Source: an uncultured Candidatus Saccharibacteria bacterium (GTDB lineage Bacteria; Patescibacteriota; Minisyncoccia; Phycocordibacterales; UBA918). Taken from it: DNA of 64,000 bases. Location: contig CAYGJY010000001.1 in the NCBI GenBank assembly GCA_964350645.1, positions 208,621 to 272,620 on the forward strand, given 5' to 3'. The notes beneath the pieces were generated by a model, which searched no databases, had not been told where the DNA came from, and saw only the letters and a list, made by a program, of their open reading frames with translations. Position 1 is the first letter of the stretch. The number at the start of each line of letters is the position of its first letter. A program made the translations under genes and the position numbers. Below are positions 37,822-47,325 of this stretch, one piece after another.

Positions 37822-38256
37822 ATGTTGATTGGCGAATACAAGCACACGTTGGATCCCAAGAAACGGCTGTCCATGCCGTCCAAGTGGCGGAAGGAACTTG
37901 GGAAAAAGCTTGTTGTCACTCGCGGACTTGATAACTGTCTCTTCGTATATCCGCTGAAGGAGTGGCAAAAGATCACTGAAAAAATTGGTCAATTGCCACT
38001 CGGACAGTCGGATACAAGAAGCTTCAATCGATTCTTCTTAAGCGGAGCTGTTGAAGTGGAGGTAGATTCAGTAGGACGTATTCTCGTTCCAGATTTTTTG
38101 AAGGAATTCGGACATTTAGAAACCAAAGTGGTTCTTGCCGGAATTCATGATCGTGTAGAAATTTGGGATGAGAAGAAGTGGGAGGAATACAAACGTCGTA
38201 TCGAAGGGCAGGCTGATGCGTTAGCCGAAAAGCTTGGAGATATTGGCGTCCTCTAG
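37822..38256 (+). CDS. mraZ: division/cell wall cluster repressor MraZ
   Basis: GEYKHTLDPKKR, TRGLDNCL, DSVGRIL, RVEIWD. Confidence 0.97.
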   Translation: MLIGEYKHTLDPKKRLSMPSKWRKELGKKLVVTRGLDNCLFVYPLKEWQKITEKIGQLPLGQSDTRSFNRFFLSGAVEVEVDSVGRILVPDFLKEFGHLETKVVLAGIHDRVEIWDEKKWEEYKRRIEGQADALAEKLGDIGVL

Positions 38257-38288
38257 ATCTACCGGGCATCACATAGTAATACCGCGCC

Positions 38289-39182
38289 ATGAAACACATT
38301 ACCGTGCTACAAGCGGAAGCCGTCGATGCTCTGGATCTAAGTCCAGGGTCAATTGTCGTTGATGCGACTTTTGGCGGCGGGGGACATGCACGCGAAATCT
38401 TGAGTCGACTCGATGCAACTGGGACGTACATTGGTATTGATGCTGATGGCACTGCGTTTAGTGAGTCAATTCGTGAAGAGTTTGCTGCCTACCCAGCCAG
38501 TACCCACTTAGTCACTGATAATTTTAGAAATGTCAGTGACATCTTAATGAGATTAGATATCCCACAGGTTGATGCCATTCTGGCTGACTTTGGTTGGCGT
38601 TCAGAACAGTTTCAGGATAACCAAAAAGGTTTTTCCTTCAACGATTCATCAACGCCGCTCATGACCTACGGTGATCCTGAACAGTATCTCTTTACAGCCT
38701 ATGACATTGTCAACGACTGGGAGGAGGAAAATATTGCAGACATCATCTACGGATATGGGGAGGAGCGAGGTAGTCGACGTATTGCTAAGGCAATTGTCGA
38801 AGCACGAGATATCGAACCAATCTCCTCGAGTACACACTTGGCAGAAATAGTTAAGGAAGCATTGCCAAGCTTTCTAGCCAAGAAGCGAGTACACCCGGCA
38901 ACCAAGACTTTTCAGGCATTGCGCATAGCGGTTAATGATGAACTTGGTGCGATTGAGTCTCTGATTTTGAATGGCTTTGCTCGCCTAAAGCCAGACGGAA
39001 CTATGGCTGTTATCACCTTCCATAGTATCGAAGACCGGTTAGTTAAAAACCTCTTCAAAGCATTTACACGCGATCAACACGCTGAGTTATACAGCAAAAA
39101 ACCACTCGTCCCGAGTGATGAGGAACAAAAGACAAATCCCCGCTCACGGAGCGCCAAACTACGAGCATTAAAAAAAGTATGA
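38289..39182 (+). CDS. rsmH: 16S rRNA m4C1402 methyltransferase
   Basis: DATFGGGGH, ATKTFQALRIAVNDEL, TFHSIEDR, NPRSRSAKLR. Confidence 0.97.
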   Translation: MKHITVLQAEAVDALDLSPGSIVVDATFGGGGHAREILSRLDATGTYIGIDADGTAFSESIREEFAAYPASTHLVTDNFRNVSDILMRLDIPQVDAILADFGWRSEQFQDNQKGFSFNDSSTPLMTYGDPEQYLFTAYDIVNDWEEENIADIIYGYGEERGSRRIAKAIVEARDIEPISSSTHLAEIVKEALPSFLAKKRVHPATKTFQALRIAVNDELGAIESLILNGFARLKPDGTMAVITFHSIEDRLVKNLFKAFTRDQHAELYSKKPLVPSDEEQKTNPRSRSAKLRALKKV

Positions 39183-39505
39183 ATGTAACAACACTACAGA
39201 ATGTACACTTTGAGGCACAGCGCAGCCATGTAGCGGCAGCTTTTACGTTAGTGTTAGTATTGATGGGCCTCTATATGTACTTTGTTAGTGCCTCGGTTGT
39301 GCATGTTGTGATTCGACAAGAAGTGCAGCAGGAAATCAACCGGTTAAACTCTGAAATTAGTCAATTGGAAGCAGCTTATATCGAGGTACAACACTCTGTC
39401 AGTGCTGAGATAGCATCACTTGATGGCTATCAAGAAACACAAGCTAAGATATTTATCGACCGCATTGATGATACTTTGGTATTATCAGCAAGTGCTGATC
39501 GATAA
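39179..39505 (+). CDS. ftsL: FtsL-like cell division protein
   Basis: single TM plus leucine zipper, positioned between rsmH and ftsI. Confidence 0.65.
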   Translation: MNVTTLQNVHFEAQRSHVAAAFTLVLVLMGLYMYFVSASVVHVVIRQEVQQEINRLNSEISQLEAAYIEVQHSVSAEIASLDGYQETQAKIFIDRIDDTLVLSASADR

Positions 39506-39507
39506 GT

Positions 39508-41223
39508 ATGCGTAAAAAAGCAATTTTCCGAATACGGGTAATTACTGGGGTGGTGCTGTGTTTGGCACTTATCTTAGTTGCTCGACTGTATCAGATTCAA
39601 GTGTTACAGCACGATGTCTATCTTGAACGTGGTGAACAACAATACGTGCACACGGTGAGAGATTTATATACTCGAGGGAGTATTTATTTGACGACTAAAG
39701 ATGGTGAAAGAGTATCTGGTGCGACAATAAAATCTGGTTTTGTTCTTGCGATTGATCCCAATCGAATCAGTGATAGCGAGGTGGCTTATGAAGCGCTAGC
39801 TGCAGTGTTAGATATAGACCGCGAATATTTTCTTACTCAAGCTGCTAACAAGAAACGAAAATACATAGAAATTGAACAGCGTTTAGATGCAGAGTCAGCA
39901 TCAGAGATTGATGCTCTTGATGTCTCAGGTTTATATCTTTATAAAAATCAGTGGCGCTACTATCCTGGAGAAACACTCGGGGCACGTAGCATTGGTTTTG
40001 TTGGTTTTGCAAATAATGACGACGTGTTAGCTGGACGCTATGGTCTTGAGCGACAATATGATGATGTATTGTCACACGAGTACGAACACTTGTCAGTAAA
40101 TTTTTTCGCTGAGATTTTTAGCAATTTAGGTGAAATAGTCTTCGACAGCACTGAAAGTCGAACTGGTGATGTGGTGACATCGCTCGAACCAACAGTACTG
40201 CGGCTTTTGCAACAAGAGTTACAAAAGACCCAAGATATATGGAATAGTCAATTAACTGGTGGAATTATCATGAATCCTCAAACCGGTGAAATCTATGCTC
40301 TTGATGCAGTACCAACGTTTACACTTAATGACCGCACTGGAGTTGAGATTGATTCGTTTCGCAATCCAATTGTCGAAGATGTGTATGAATTTGGATCAAT
40401 TATTAAGGCGCTGACCATGGCATCAGGTCTAGACTCAGGGGCTGTCTCTGCTGGCACAACCTACTATGACTCTGGGAAACTTGAACTCGATACTTTTACA
40501 ATCGGCAACTTTGATGGCAAAGGGCGTGGAACAGTAGACATGCAAGAAGTGTTAAACCAATCACTCAACACAGGTGTTGCCTTTGTGGTTGATACAATGG
40601 GAAAAAATAAATTTCGAGATTACTTTTTAAATCTAAAATTGGGAAGTGAGACGGGGATTGATCTACCAAATGAAGCGTACGGTTTAGTCCAAAACTTAAA
40701 TTCACCCCGCGACATTGAATATGCCACAGCTTCGTTTGGTCAGGGAATTGCCTTCACACCGATTGCCGCAGCCCGGGCATTGGCCACTCTCGGTAATGGC
40801 GGCAAGTTGATTACGCCTCATATTGCAACTGCAATTGAATACCAAGATGGCCAAGTCAAAGAGGTCACGTATCCAGATGGCGAACAAATATTCACAGCGG
40901 CTACGAGTGAGGAAATCTCGCGGATGCTTACCAACGTGGTTGATGATGCCTTACGGGGCGGAACTGTCGCATTACCTAATTATTCGATCGCCGCAAAAAC
41001 GGGAACAGCTCAAGTAGCCGATAGTGCCAATGGTGGGTATTACGAAGATAGATATCTCCATTCGTTTTTCGGCTATTTCCCATCGTATGATCCCCAGTTT
41101 TTAGTGTTTCTCTATACAGTAGAACCTAAACAAGTCCGATATGCTTCAGAGACACTGACTGAGCCATTCATGAATATAGCCAAATTCTTAATCAACTATT
41201 ACAATATTCCTCCAGATCGCTAA
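39508..41223 (+). CDS. ftsI: class B PBP (FtsI/PBP3)
   Basis: RGSIY, GSIIK (SxxK), SLN, KTGTAQ; dcw synteny. Confidence 0.9.
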   Translation: MRKKAIFRIRVITGVVLCLALILVARLYQIQVLQHDVYLERGEQQYVHTVRDLYTRGSIYLTTKDGERVSGATIKSGFVLAIDPNRISDSEVAYEALAAVLDIDREYFLTQAANKKRKYIEIEQRLDAESASEIDALDVSGLYLYKNQWRYYPGETLGARSIGFVGFANNDDVLAGRYGLERQYDDVLSHEYEHLSVNFFAEIFSNLGEIVFDSTESRTGDVVTSLEPTVLRLLQQELQKTQDIWNSQLTGGIIMNPQTGEIYALDAVPTFTLNDRTGVEIDSFRNPIVEDVYEFGSIIKALTMASGLDSGAVSAGTTYYDSGKLELDTFTIGNFDGKGRGTVDMQEVLNQSLNTGVAFVVDTMGKNKFRDYFLNLKLGSETGIDLPNEAYGLVQNLNSPRDIEYATASFGQGIAFTPIAAARALATLGNGGKLITPHIATAIEYQDGQVKEVTYPDGEQIFTAATSEEISRMLTNVVDDALRGGTVALPNYSIAAKTGTAQVADSANGGYYEDRYLHSFFGYFPSYDPQFLVFLYTVEPKQVRYASETLTEPFMNIAKFLINYYNIPPDR

Positions 41224-41263
41224 ATTAGTAATGGTTAAGAAATGATATACTGCTAACTTACTT

Positions 41264-42571
41264 ATGAAAGATTTCTTTAAGGCCTGTATTGTTTATGTGC
41301 TAACACTTGAGGCAACTTTGCTCATAAAACGCGCGAATCCAACTATTGTTGGTGTGACAGGGAACGTTGGCAAAACGTCAACGAAAGATGCAATCTATGC
41401 TGTTCTGAAAGATGCTGTACATACGCGTAAAAATGAAAAATCATATAACACTGAATTAAGTGTGCCACTCACAGTATTGGGTCTTGATAGTGCCGAAACT
41501 AATCCATTGAAGTGGTTGAAAAATATTTTTGAAGGTTTCATTGTTGTATTACATCCTGGTAATTATCCAAAAGTATTAGTGCTAGAAATGGGAGTTGATA
41601 AACCAGGTGATATGCAACGTCTCACCCGATGGATTAAGCCTGATGTGTGCGTGATTACGCGATTACCCGATGTTCCGGTTCACGTAGAAAATTTTTCGTC
41701 ACCTGAGGCTGTTAGTGAAGAAAAGTTACAGCTTCTGGCTGCGCTGAAGTCTGACGGTGTTTTTGTGTATAACCACGATGATGAACGATTACGTTTGGCA
41801 GCAGAGAATGCCTACCAAAAATCAATTGGGTATAGTCGCTATTCGCCGTCGCACTTTACAGCTACTGGTGATCGGGTGGTCTACGATGGTGGCCGGCCAG
41901 TTGGTATGCGGTTTGATTTGATGCATCTCGACGTAGAAGCGTCGATGCTTGTTAAGGGCTCGCTTGGTGTGCAACATACTTACAACTACGCAGCAGCAGC
42001 AGCGGTGGGGTCAATTTTTGATGTACCACTTCCAATAGCCATGCAATCGTTAACAACTCTCGAATTACCACCGGGACGAATGAAACTACTTCGTGGTGTT
42101 AAAGACACGATTATTATCGATGATACGTATAACGCCTCGCCAACTGCGACTGAGCGCTCACTCCAAGCCCTTAAAGAACTTAAGGGTGTGAATCGCCGAG
42201 TGGCGATTCTGGGTGACATGCTTGAGCTTGGACGTTATTCGGTACGTGAGCATGAGCGGGTTGGTGAAGATGTAGCGAGTAGTGCTGATGCATTAGTCAC
42301 TATCGGTATTCGTTCTCGGAAAATAGCGGAAGGAGCTTTAGAATTTGGCATGAGTGAAAAACATATTTATCAGTTTGATACACTTGCCCGAGCCAAAAAA
42401 GATATTCTTGGTCTTTTACAAACTGGTGATGTGGTGTTGGTGAAGGCTTCACAGGGTATGCGACTTGAAGCATTAGTAGGGGATATTATGCAGGACACTG
42501 ACCGCAAATCAGAGTTACTTGTGCGTCAATCTGAAGGGTGGCTCAAACGACCGATTCAGACTCTTGTCTAA
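41264..42571 (+). CDS. murF: UDP-MurNAc-tripeptide--D-Ala-D-Ala ligase
   Basis: GVTGNVGKTSTK, LEMG, IDDTYNASP, GDMLELG, LVKAS. Confidence 0.92.
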   Translation: MKDFFKACIVYVLTLEATLLIKRANPTIVGVTGNVGKTSTKDAIYAVLKDAVHTRKNEKSYNTELSVPLTVLGLDSAETNPLKWLKNIFEGFIVVLHPGNYPKVLVLEMGVDKPGDMQRLTRWIKPDVCVITRLPDVPVHVENFSSPEAVSEEKLQLLAALKSDGVFVYNHDDERLRLAAENAYQKSIGYSRYSPSHFTATGDRVVYDGGRPVGMRFDLMHLDVEASMLVKGSLGVQHTYNYAAAAAVGSIFDVPLPIAMQSLTTLELPPGRMKLLRGVKDTIIIDDTYNASPTATERSLQALKELKGVNRRVAILGDMLELGRYSVREHERVGEDVASSADALVTIGIRSRKIAEGALEFGMSEKHIYQFDTLARAKKDILGLLQTGDVVLVKASQGMRLEALVGDIMQDTDRKSELLVRQSEGWLKRPIQTLV

Positions 42572-42626
42572 AATATAAAGTTGTTGTATAGTTCGAAAAC
42601 TGAACTAACTAAAGTACAGTATATCT

Positions 42627-43544
42627 ATGAAAAAACTTACTACTACATTAGGTGTCGGAGTGCTGCTAGCTTGTATGCTGGTACAACCAGCTGCAGCGCA
42701 AGTTGTTGTCACTTCGTATACACCACAAAGCCAAAGTGAAACTATCGCTTATTTGCAGGGAGTTATCGCTCAATTACAAGCACAGCTTCAGCTCCAGGGT
42801 AATTATCAAGTCAACTATCAACCAGTTGGCCAGGTGCAAGGGGCAACATTTTCAAACCAAAGTTACACCGTTCGAGTTGAGACAGACTTTGTTCGTGCGG
42901 GCAATGATGACGTCGAGCTTAATGGATCGATTGATCTTGGTAATGCTCGTTATGCCAACGTTTGGTTTGAGTATGGTGACAGTGCTCGATTCGGTAGTCA
43001 GACACGTCGAGAGTATGTAACCCGAGATAGTGACTTTGACTTTACACTTGATACTGATGATCTAGACCGCTTTGTCTATTACCGTGCTGTGGCTGAAGAT
43101 CCGTCTGGAAAAAAGATTAACGGGTATACACGTGCGATTATGGTCAATTCTCGCAGTAATCGTAACAATAATGATGATGAGCCAGAGGTGGATACTTTCT
43201 CAGCCCGAAATGTTGACGAAGATTCTGCTGAGTTACGTGGTGAGGTTGATATGAATGATTTCCGTAATGGTTTTGTATTCTTTGTGTACGGTGAAGATGA
43301 GAACGATGTTGAGGATGTTGAAGATGAAGATGAGTTCCGCGACATTGATGAACGAGGTGATGATCTACAAAAAATCTCTGTCGATAGCGACCTTGATGGC
43401 AGTGATGACTACGCTCGTCGTGTGAGTGGTCTTGATGACGATACTGAATATTTCTTCCGAATTTGTGTTGAGTATGAAGATGAAGATGATGATGAAACGC
43501 TAGAGTGTGGCCAAGTTGAAGACTTTGAGACTGATCGAAACTAA
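42627..43544 (+). CDS. secreted acidic protein with two beta-sandwich (Fn3-like) repeats
   Basis: signal peptide ending AAA-Q; two repeats ELxGxxD...F.YG...Y(Y/F)R; Asp/Glu-rich C-half. Confidence 0.75.
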   Translation: MKKLTTTLGVGVLLACMLVQPAAAQVVVTSYTPQSQSETIAYLQGVIAQLQAQLQLQGNYQVNYQPVGQVQGATFSNQSYTVRVETDFVRAGNDDVELNGSIDLGNARYANVWFEYGDSARFGSQTRREYVTRDSDFDFTLDTDDLDRFVYYRAVAEDPSGKKINGYTRAIMVNSRSNRNNNDDEPEVDTFSARNVDEDSAELRGEVDMNDFRNGFVFFVYGEDENDVEDVEDEDEFRDIDERGDDLQKISVDSDLDGSDDYARRVSGLDDDTEYFFRICVEYEDEDDDETLECGQVEDFETDRN

Positions 43545-43558
43545 CCGCTGCTTAGCAC

Positions 43559-43589
43559 AAAAGCCGGCGCCCTTCGGGCGCCGGCTTTT
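43559..43589 (+). terminator. terminator hairpin
   Basis: AAAAGCCGGCGCCC-TTC-GGGCGCCGGCTTTT. Confidence 0.85.
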
Positions 43590-43630
43590 GTGCTACCATA
43601 GAACCATTATTGAGTAACACTTAATTTGTT

Positions 43631-44002
43631 ATGACTACAGCAGAAATCGCTAATCGTCTCGTCGAGTTAAACCGCGCCGGTAAGCACATGGAAATTTATG
43701 AAGAATTGTATTCACCAGAGGTGGTGAGTGTAGAAAACGCCGGTGAGCGCATGGAAAGTGTGGGTTTCGATGCCATTAAAGCTAAAGGAGAGCAGTGGTT
43801 TGGCATGGTAGCTGAGACGCATGAATTGCGTGTCGGTGAGCCACTTGTCGCTGATAAGAGCTTTGCAGTGACCTTTTATATGGATGTAACGTTTAATGAA
43901 AACGGTGGCCCCATGATGACTGGCCGAATGCAGTTTACTGAATTAGCGGTCTATAAAGTAAATGATGAAGGAAAGATTTATCACGAGGAGTTTTTGGGGT
44001 AA
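43631..44002 (+). CDS. SnoaL/NTF2-like protein
   Basis: ELYSPEVVSVE, GFDAIKAKG, ELAVYKV..GKI..EEF. Confidence 0.85.
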   Translation: MTTAEIANRLVELNRAGKHMEIYEELYSPEVVSVENAGERMESVGFDAIKAKGEQWFGMVAETHELRVGEPLVADKSFAVTFYMDVTFNENGGPMMTGRMQFTELAVYKVNDEGKIYHEEFLG

Positions 44003-44168
44003 TTGCAGTCTCAACAGTACAAACGCCCAGTTATGTATAATTGGGAGTTTGCTGTGCTGAGGAAGCTTTTACAGGATAAATGAAATTTGCATACAGAATC
44101 AGTACACGGTTCGTCATCTTGATATTCCTTGTTGCGTCTGTTTTTGCTGTGCAACTTTATATAAAAAG

Positions 44169-44801
44169 TCAATTAATTTTGTTTAGGTATTTATAAATCA
44201 ACACTGGGGGCTGGATTAGTAATACCCAGCCAATGATCACGACGACATTGACACCGAAGACAGCGGTTTGGATGTAGGGAATCGTGTAGATCCAGTCTTG
44301 CGAGTAGACATTGGGGATTTCCCAGAACAGGATTCCGAGCACCATGGCGAGTAGAGTTGCCAGAGCGAGGTGGGGGATGAATGAATAGGCCCAATCATAA
44401 AGGCTCTTAAAGTGCATTAGAATAATTGGATACATCAGCCAGCCAAGTGCTGAGACGGGGTCTGCGTAATGTGCTGCCAGGATTGCATCGATGGTTGGTT
44501 GATAGTCAGCAATCTTATAGCTCCAAAGTTTGAGCCAGAGCGAACCAATGAGTTCAATTCCGATCGAGAGTACCGCTAGTGCTAGATAATATTTTCCAAA
44601 TTGTAGGTACTTTTTATCAAACAATAATTGTAGCGCTGTTGGTATATTTCAATAATGGCAAAGTACATCAAAAAGCAGCCAGGCTCCTAAGGGAGCTGGA
44701 TAGTACCAGTAGGGATGCTCTAGAGTGTAAAGATACGTAGAAAAGAAAAGAATACCTATACTACAGATAAGTGCCAGATTGTATGTATAGTGTATTTGCA
44801 T
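44169..44801 (-). pseudogene. membrane protein interrupted by an in-frame TGA at 44649-44651
   Basis: frame of ORF 44169..44624 continues through one TGA to ATG 44801, which lies 6 nt after TATACT. Confidence 0.7.
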
Positions 44802-44825
44802 ACTTTGAGTATACCAAAACTTTTT

Positions 44826-45371
44826 TCAAGTAACTTGTAGAGAAGCGCGGTCGTAGCGCCAGCGGGCAATGAGGATTGAGCCGATGATGAAAATTTGCAG
44901 GAGTAACATTGGATGGGATTGAAAGAGTATGCCGTAGGGCATCCAGACAAAGGCAGATATGAGGACAACCAGCCGAACTCGACTCGGATCAGTCGACCAG
45001 AAGCCATAGGTTGCCACAAACGATCCAGCGATCGCAAATATACTTGGCCAACCAGCCCAGGTGAGTATCCCAGCACCCACAATTGTCACGAGTGTCCCGT
45101 AGTAGACTAGCGGGGAGGCCGCCCAAGGCCAGCGATCTTTTTGAGCAAAGATCAGATTTCTCAACATCAGGGTCACCATCATGGCTGCTCCAGTATAGGC
45201 AGCGATAAGAGCTAAGTGTGCACCTAGTAAACCGAGTGCCAGGACATGGAGGTAGAGGATCTGATTCCGGTTATTGCATTGAAATGAGCCAACCATCACG
45301 AGAAAACCTAAAAGACCTAAAATTTGTATTAGGTATTGGTTGGTGAGTAACGTCAGGATAGGTTCTGGCAT
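44826..45371 (-). CDS. YgjV-like inner membrane protein
   Basis: QILG...SFQ..NR..IL, H..L..AYTGA, RN, W..Y pattern. Confidence 0.75.
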   Translation of the reverse strand: MPEPILTLLTNQYLIQILGLLGFLVMVGSFQCNNRNQILYLHVLALGLLGAHLALIAAYTGAAMMVTLMLRNLIFAQKDRWPWAASPLVYYGTLVTIVGAGILTWAGWPSIFAIAGSFVATYGFWSTDPSRVRLVVLISAFVWMPYGILFQSHPMLLLQIFIIGSILIARWRYDRASLQVT

Positions 45372-45426
45372 AGGTATGTTTTGCTGTAATAGTAGCACTT
45401 TTCTAGTGTGCTACACTGATCCAAAA

Positions 45427-46134
45427 ATGAAGCAAACAATAACTATATTTACTGATGGGGCGTCAAAAGGAAATCCTGGCCGAGGTGGTTTTGGAGCGGT
45501 AATTTCTGATGGTGAGACAGTGACTGAGATTGGTGCATACAGTGAACGCACTACCAATAATGAAATGGAGCTTAAGGCTGTTGTGGAAGCCTTGAAAACA
45601 ATTGATCACGAGGTCGATACTGTAGCGATTTATACAGACTCCAAATATGTAGTTGAAGGTGCAAATGGTTGGATTTTTGGTTGGCTGAAAAATGGGTGGA
45701 AGACCAAAGCGGAGACAGATGTGTTAAATAAAGAACTTTGGAAAGAACTACTCCCGCTCTTAAACAAATTTGTCATTGATTGGCATAAGGTTCCGGGTCA
45801 CGTGGGGATTATAGGTAACGAACGGGCAGATACTATTGCGTCAGACTTTGCTGAGAAAGGACAGTTTGATTTGTACACTGGGTCACTGAGTGATTATGGG
45901 TTTGATATTTCTGACACATCGTACGATGAAGTTAAGGCTAAAGCTCGCAGCGATGCCCGTAAACGTTCAGCTCAAAAGGCGTATTCATATGTTAGTGCTC
46001 TTGATGGGGTAGTGCAAACACATACAACCTGGAGTGAATGTGAAGCACGTGTGAAAGGCAAAAAAGGAACACGGTTCAAGAAGTCTCTTGATGCTGCTAA
46101 TGAACGAGAAATCATCAAAGATTTTGGCGGTTAG
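45427..46134 (+). CDS. rnhA: ribonuclease HI with a C-terminal hybrid-binding (Cauli_VI-like) domain
   Basis: TDGASKGNPG, TTNNEMEL, TDSKY, GHVGIIGNERAD; C-terminal TWSECEARVKG. Confidence 0.93.
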   Translation: MKQTITIFTDGASKGNPGRGGFGAVISDGETVTEIGAYSERTTNNEMELKAVVEALKTIDHEVDTVAIYTDSKYVVEGANGWIFGWLKNGWKTKAETDVLNKELWKELLPLLNKFVIDWHKVPGHVGIIGNERADTIASDFAEKGQFDLYTGSLSDYGFDISDTSYDEVKAKARSDARKRSAQKAYSYVSALDGVVQTHTTWSECEARVKGKKGTRFKKSLDAANEREIIKDFGG

Positions 46135-46156
46135 AGGGCAGTAGAGATTACTACGT

Positions 46157-46768
46157 ATGAATGGGTTTAAAGATATTGAAGCAAAAATCGAAGACGCCAT
46201 AGCTTCTCCGTCTATTGAGAAAGCGCAGCGACTGATGCAGTCACGTCGTGGACTGTGGTTGATTGCTGTGGTGGCTTTTGTAGAATCAGCACTGCCCGTG
46301 CCGATTCTGACTGATCCTTTTCTAGCAGCAGCAGTGGTTTTAAATCGCTCAAAAGCAGTCATGCTGACCCTCCTCACGACGGTTTTTTCAGTCCTTGGCG
46401 GTGTGGTTGCCTACTATTCAGCAGCTCTATTCTTCGATGCAATTCTGAGTGCTATGCCTGCTAACTTACTACAAAAATATGAGATCATGGCTACCAATAC
46501 TGACACCAATATATTTTTCCTGACTATCATTGGCGCGGTGACACCGGTGCCGTATACAATCTCAGCTTGGGTGGCAGCAGCATTACAAGGTGGCATAGCA
46601 GTATTTATTCTGGCGTCACTAGTCGGGAGAGGGTTTCGGTACGGCATCGTAGCGTATTGTAGCTATCGCTTTGGGCCGGCAGCTTTGCAGTACGCTAAGC
46701 GCTATGTCGGACTCACATCGCTACTAGTCATTGCACTGGTGGTTGCATACGTTTGGTACAAGCTTTAA
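46157..46768 (+). CDS. YqaA/DedA-family membrane protein
   Basis: AFVESALPVP..D, GGVVAY, TPVPY, GRGFRY. Confidence 0.8.
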   Translation: MNGFKDIEAKIEDAIASPSIEKAQRLMQSRRGLWLIAVVAFVESALPVPILTDPFLAAAVVLNRSKAVMLTLLTTVFSVLGGVVAYYSAALFFDAILSAMPANLLQKYEIMATNTDTNIFFLTIIGAVTPVPYTISAWVAAALQGGIAVFILASLVGRGFRYGIVAYCSYRFGPAALQYAKRYVGLTSLLVIALVVAYVWYKL

Positions 46769-46777
46769 ACTGGCAAT

Positions 46778-47308
46778 ATGAAAATATTTCTGATCCGCCA
46801 TGGAGAAACAACCGGTGATATCGAAGACCGCTATGGTGGTGCGTATGATGATCATTTAACTGAGAGGGGGAGAAGCCAACTAGCAAAAACTGCGGAGTCA
46901 TTACGTGGCAGTGGTATTGAGATCATTTTCCATAGTCCGCTCATCCGCGCGCGAGAAAGTGCTGAGATTATCCAAGCCGAGATTGGTTGTGCGTTGCAGG
47001 TAGTTGATGGATTAAAAGAGCGTCATTATGGCATTCTCGGTGGTCTGACAAAGTCAGAAGCACTTCAGAAGTATCCTGAGGTAGTAGAAGCGCATAAAGA
47101 TCCGCTGAATACTGATCCAGAAGGAGAAAGCTATGTTGATTTCAACGGACGTGTTATTGCTTCGTATCAATCAATTATCACTGAACCATATAAGACGATC
47201 GTTATTCTTGCGCATGGTGGTTCGCTTAAGCGAATTTTGGATTTTTTAGGAGAACCAATTCCAGCCTCAATTGGCGATGGTGAGGTGATTGAGATTGAGA
47301 CACACTAA
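46778..47308 (+). CDS. histidine phosphatase family protein
   Basis: LIRHGET, SPLIRA, LKERHYG, AHGG. Confidence 0.92.
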   Translation: MKIFLIRHGETTGDIEDRYGGAYDDHLTERGRSQLAKTAESLRGSGIEIIFHSPLIRARESAEIIQAEIGCALQVVDGLKERHYGILGGLTKSEALQKYPEVVEAHKDPLNTDPEGESYVDFNGRVIASYQSIITEPYKTIVILAHGGSLKRILDFLGEPIPASIGDGEVIEIETH

Positions 47309-47325
47309 GTCAGCTATAGTATTTG

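Noticed and set aside
44649-44651. Genome-wide TGA recoding (code 25)
   Set aside because: TGA terminates several well-conserved genes in this window and no core gene is interrupted
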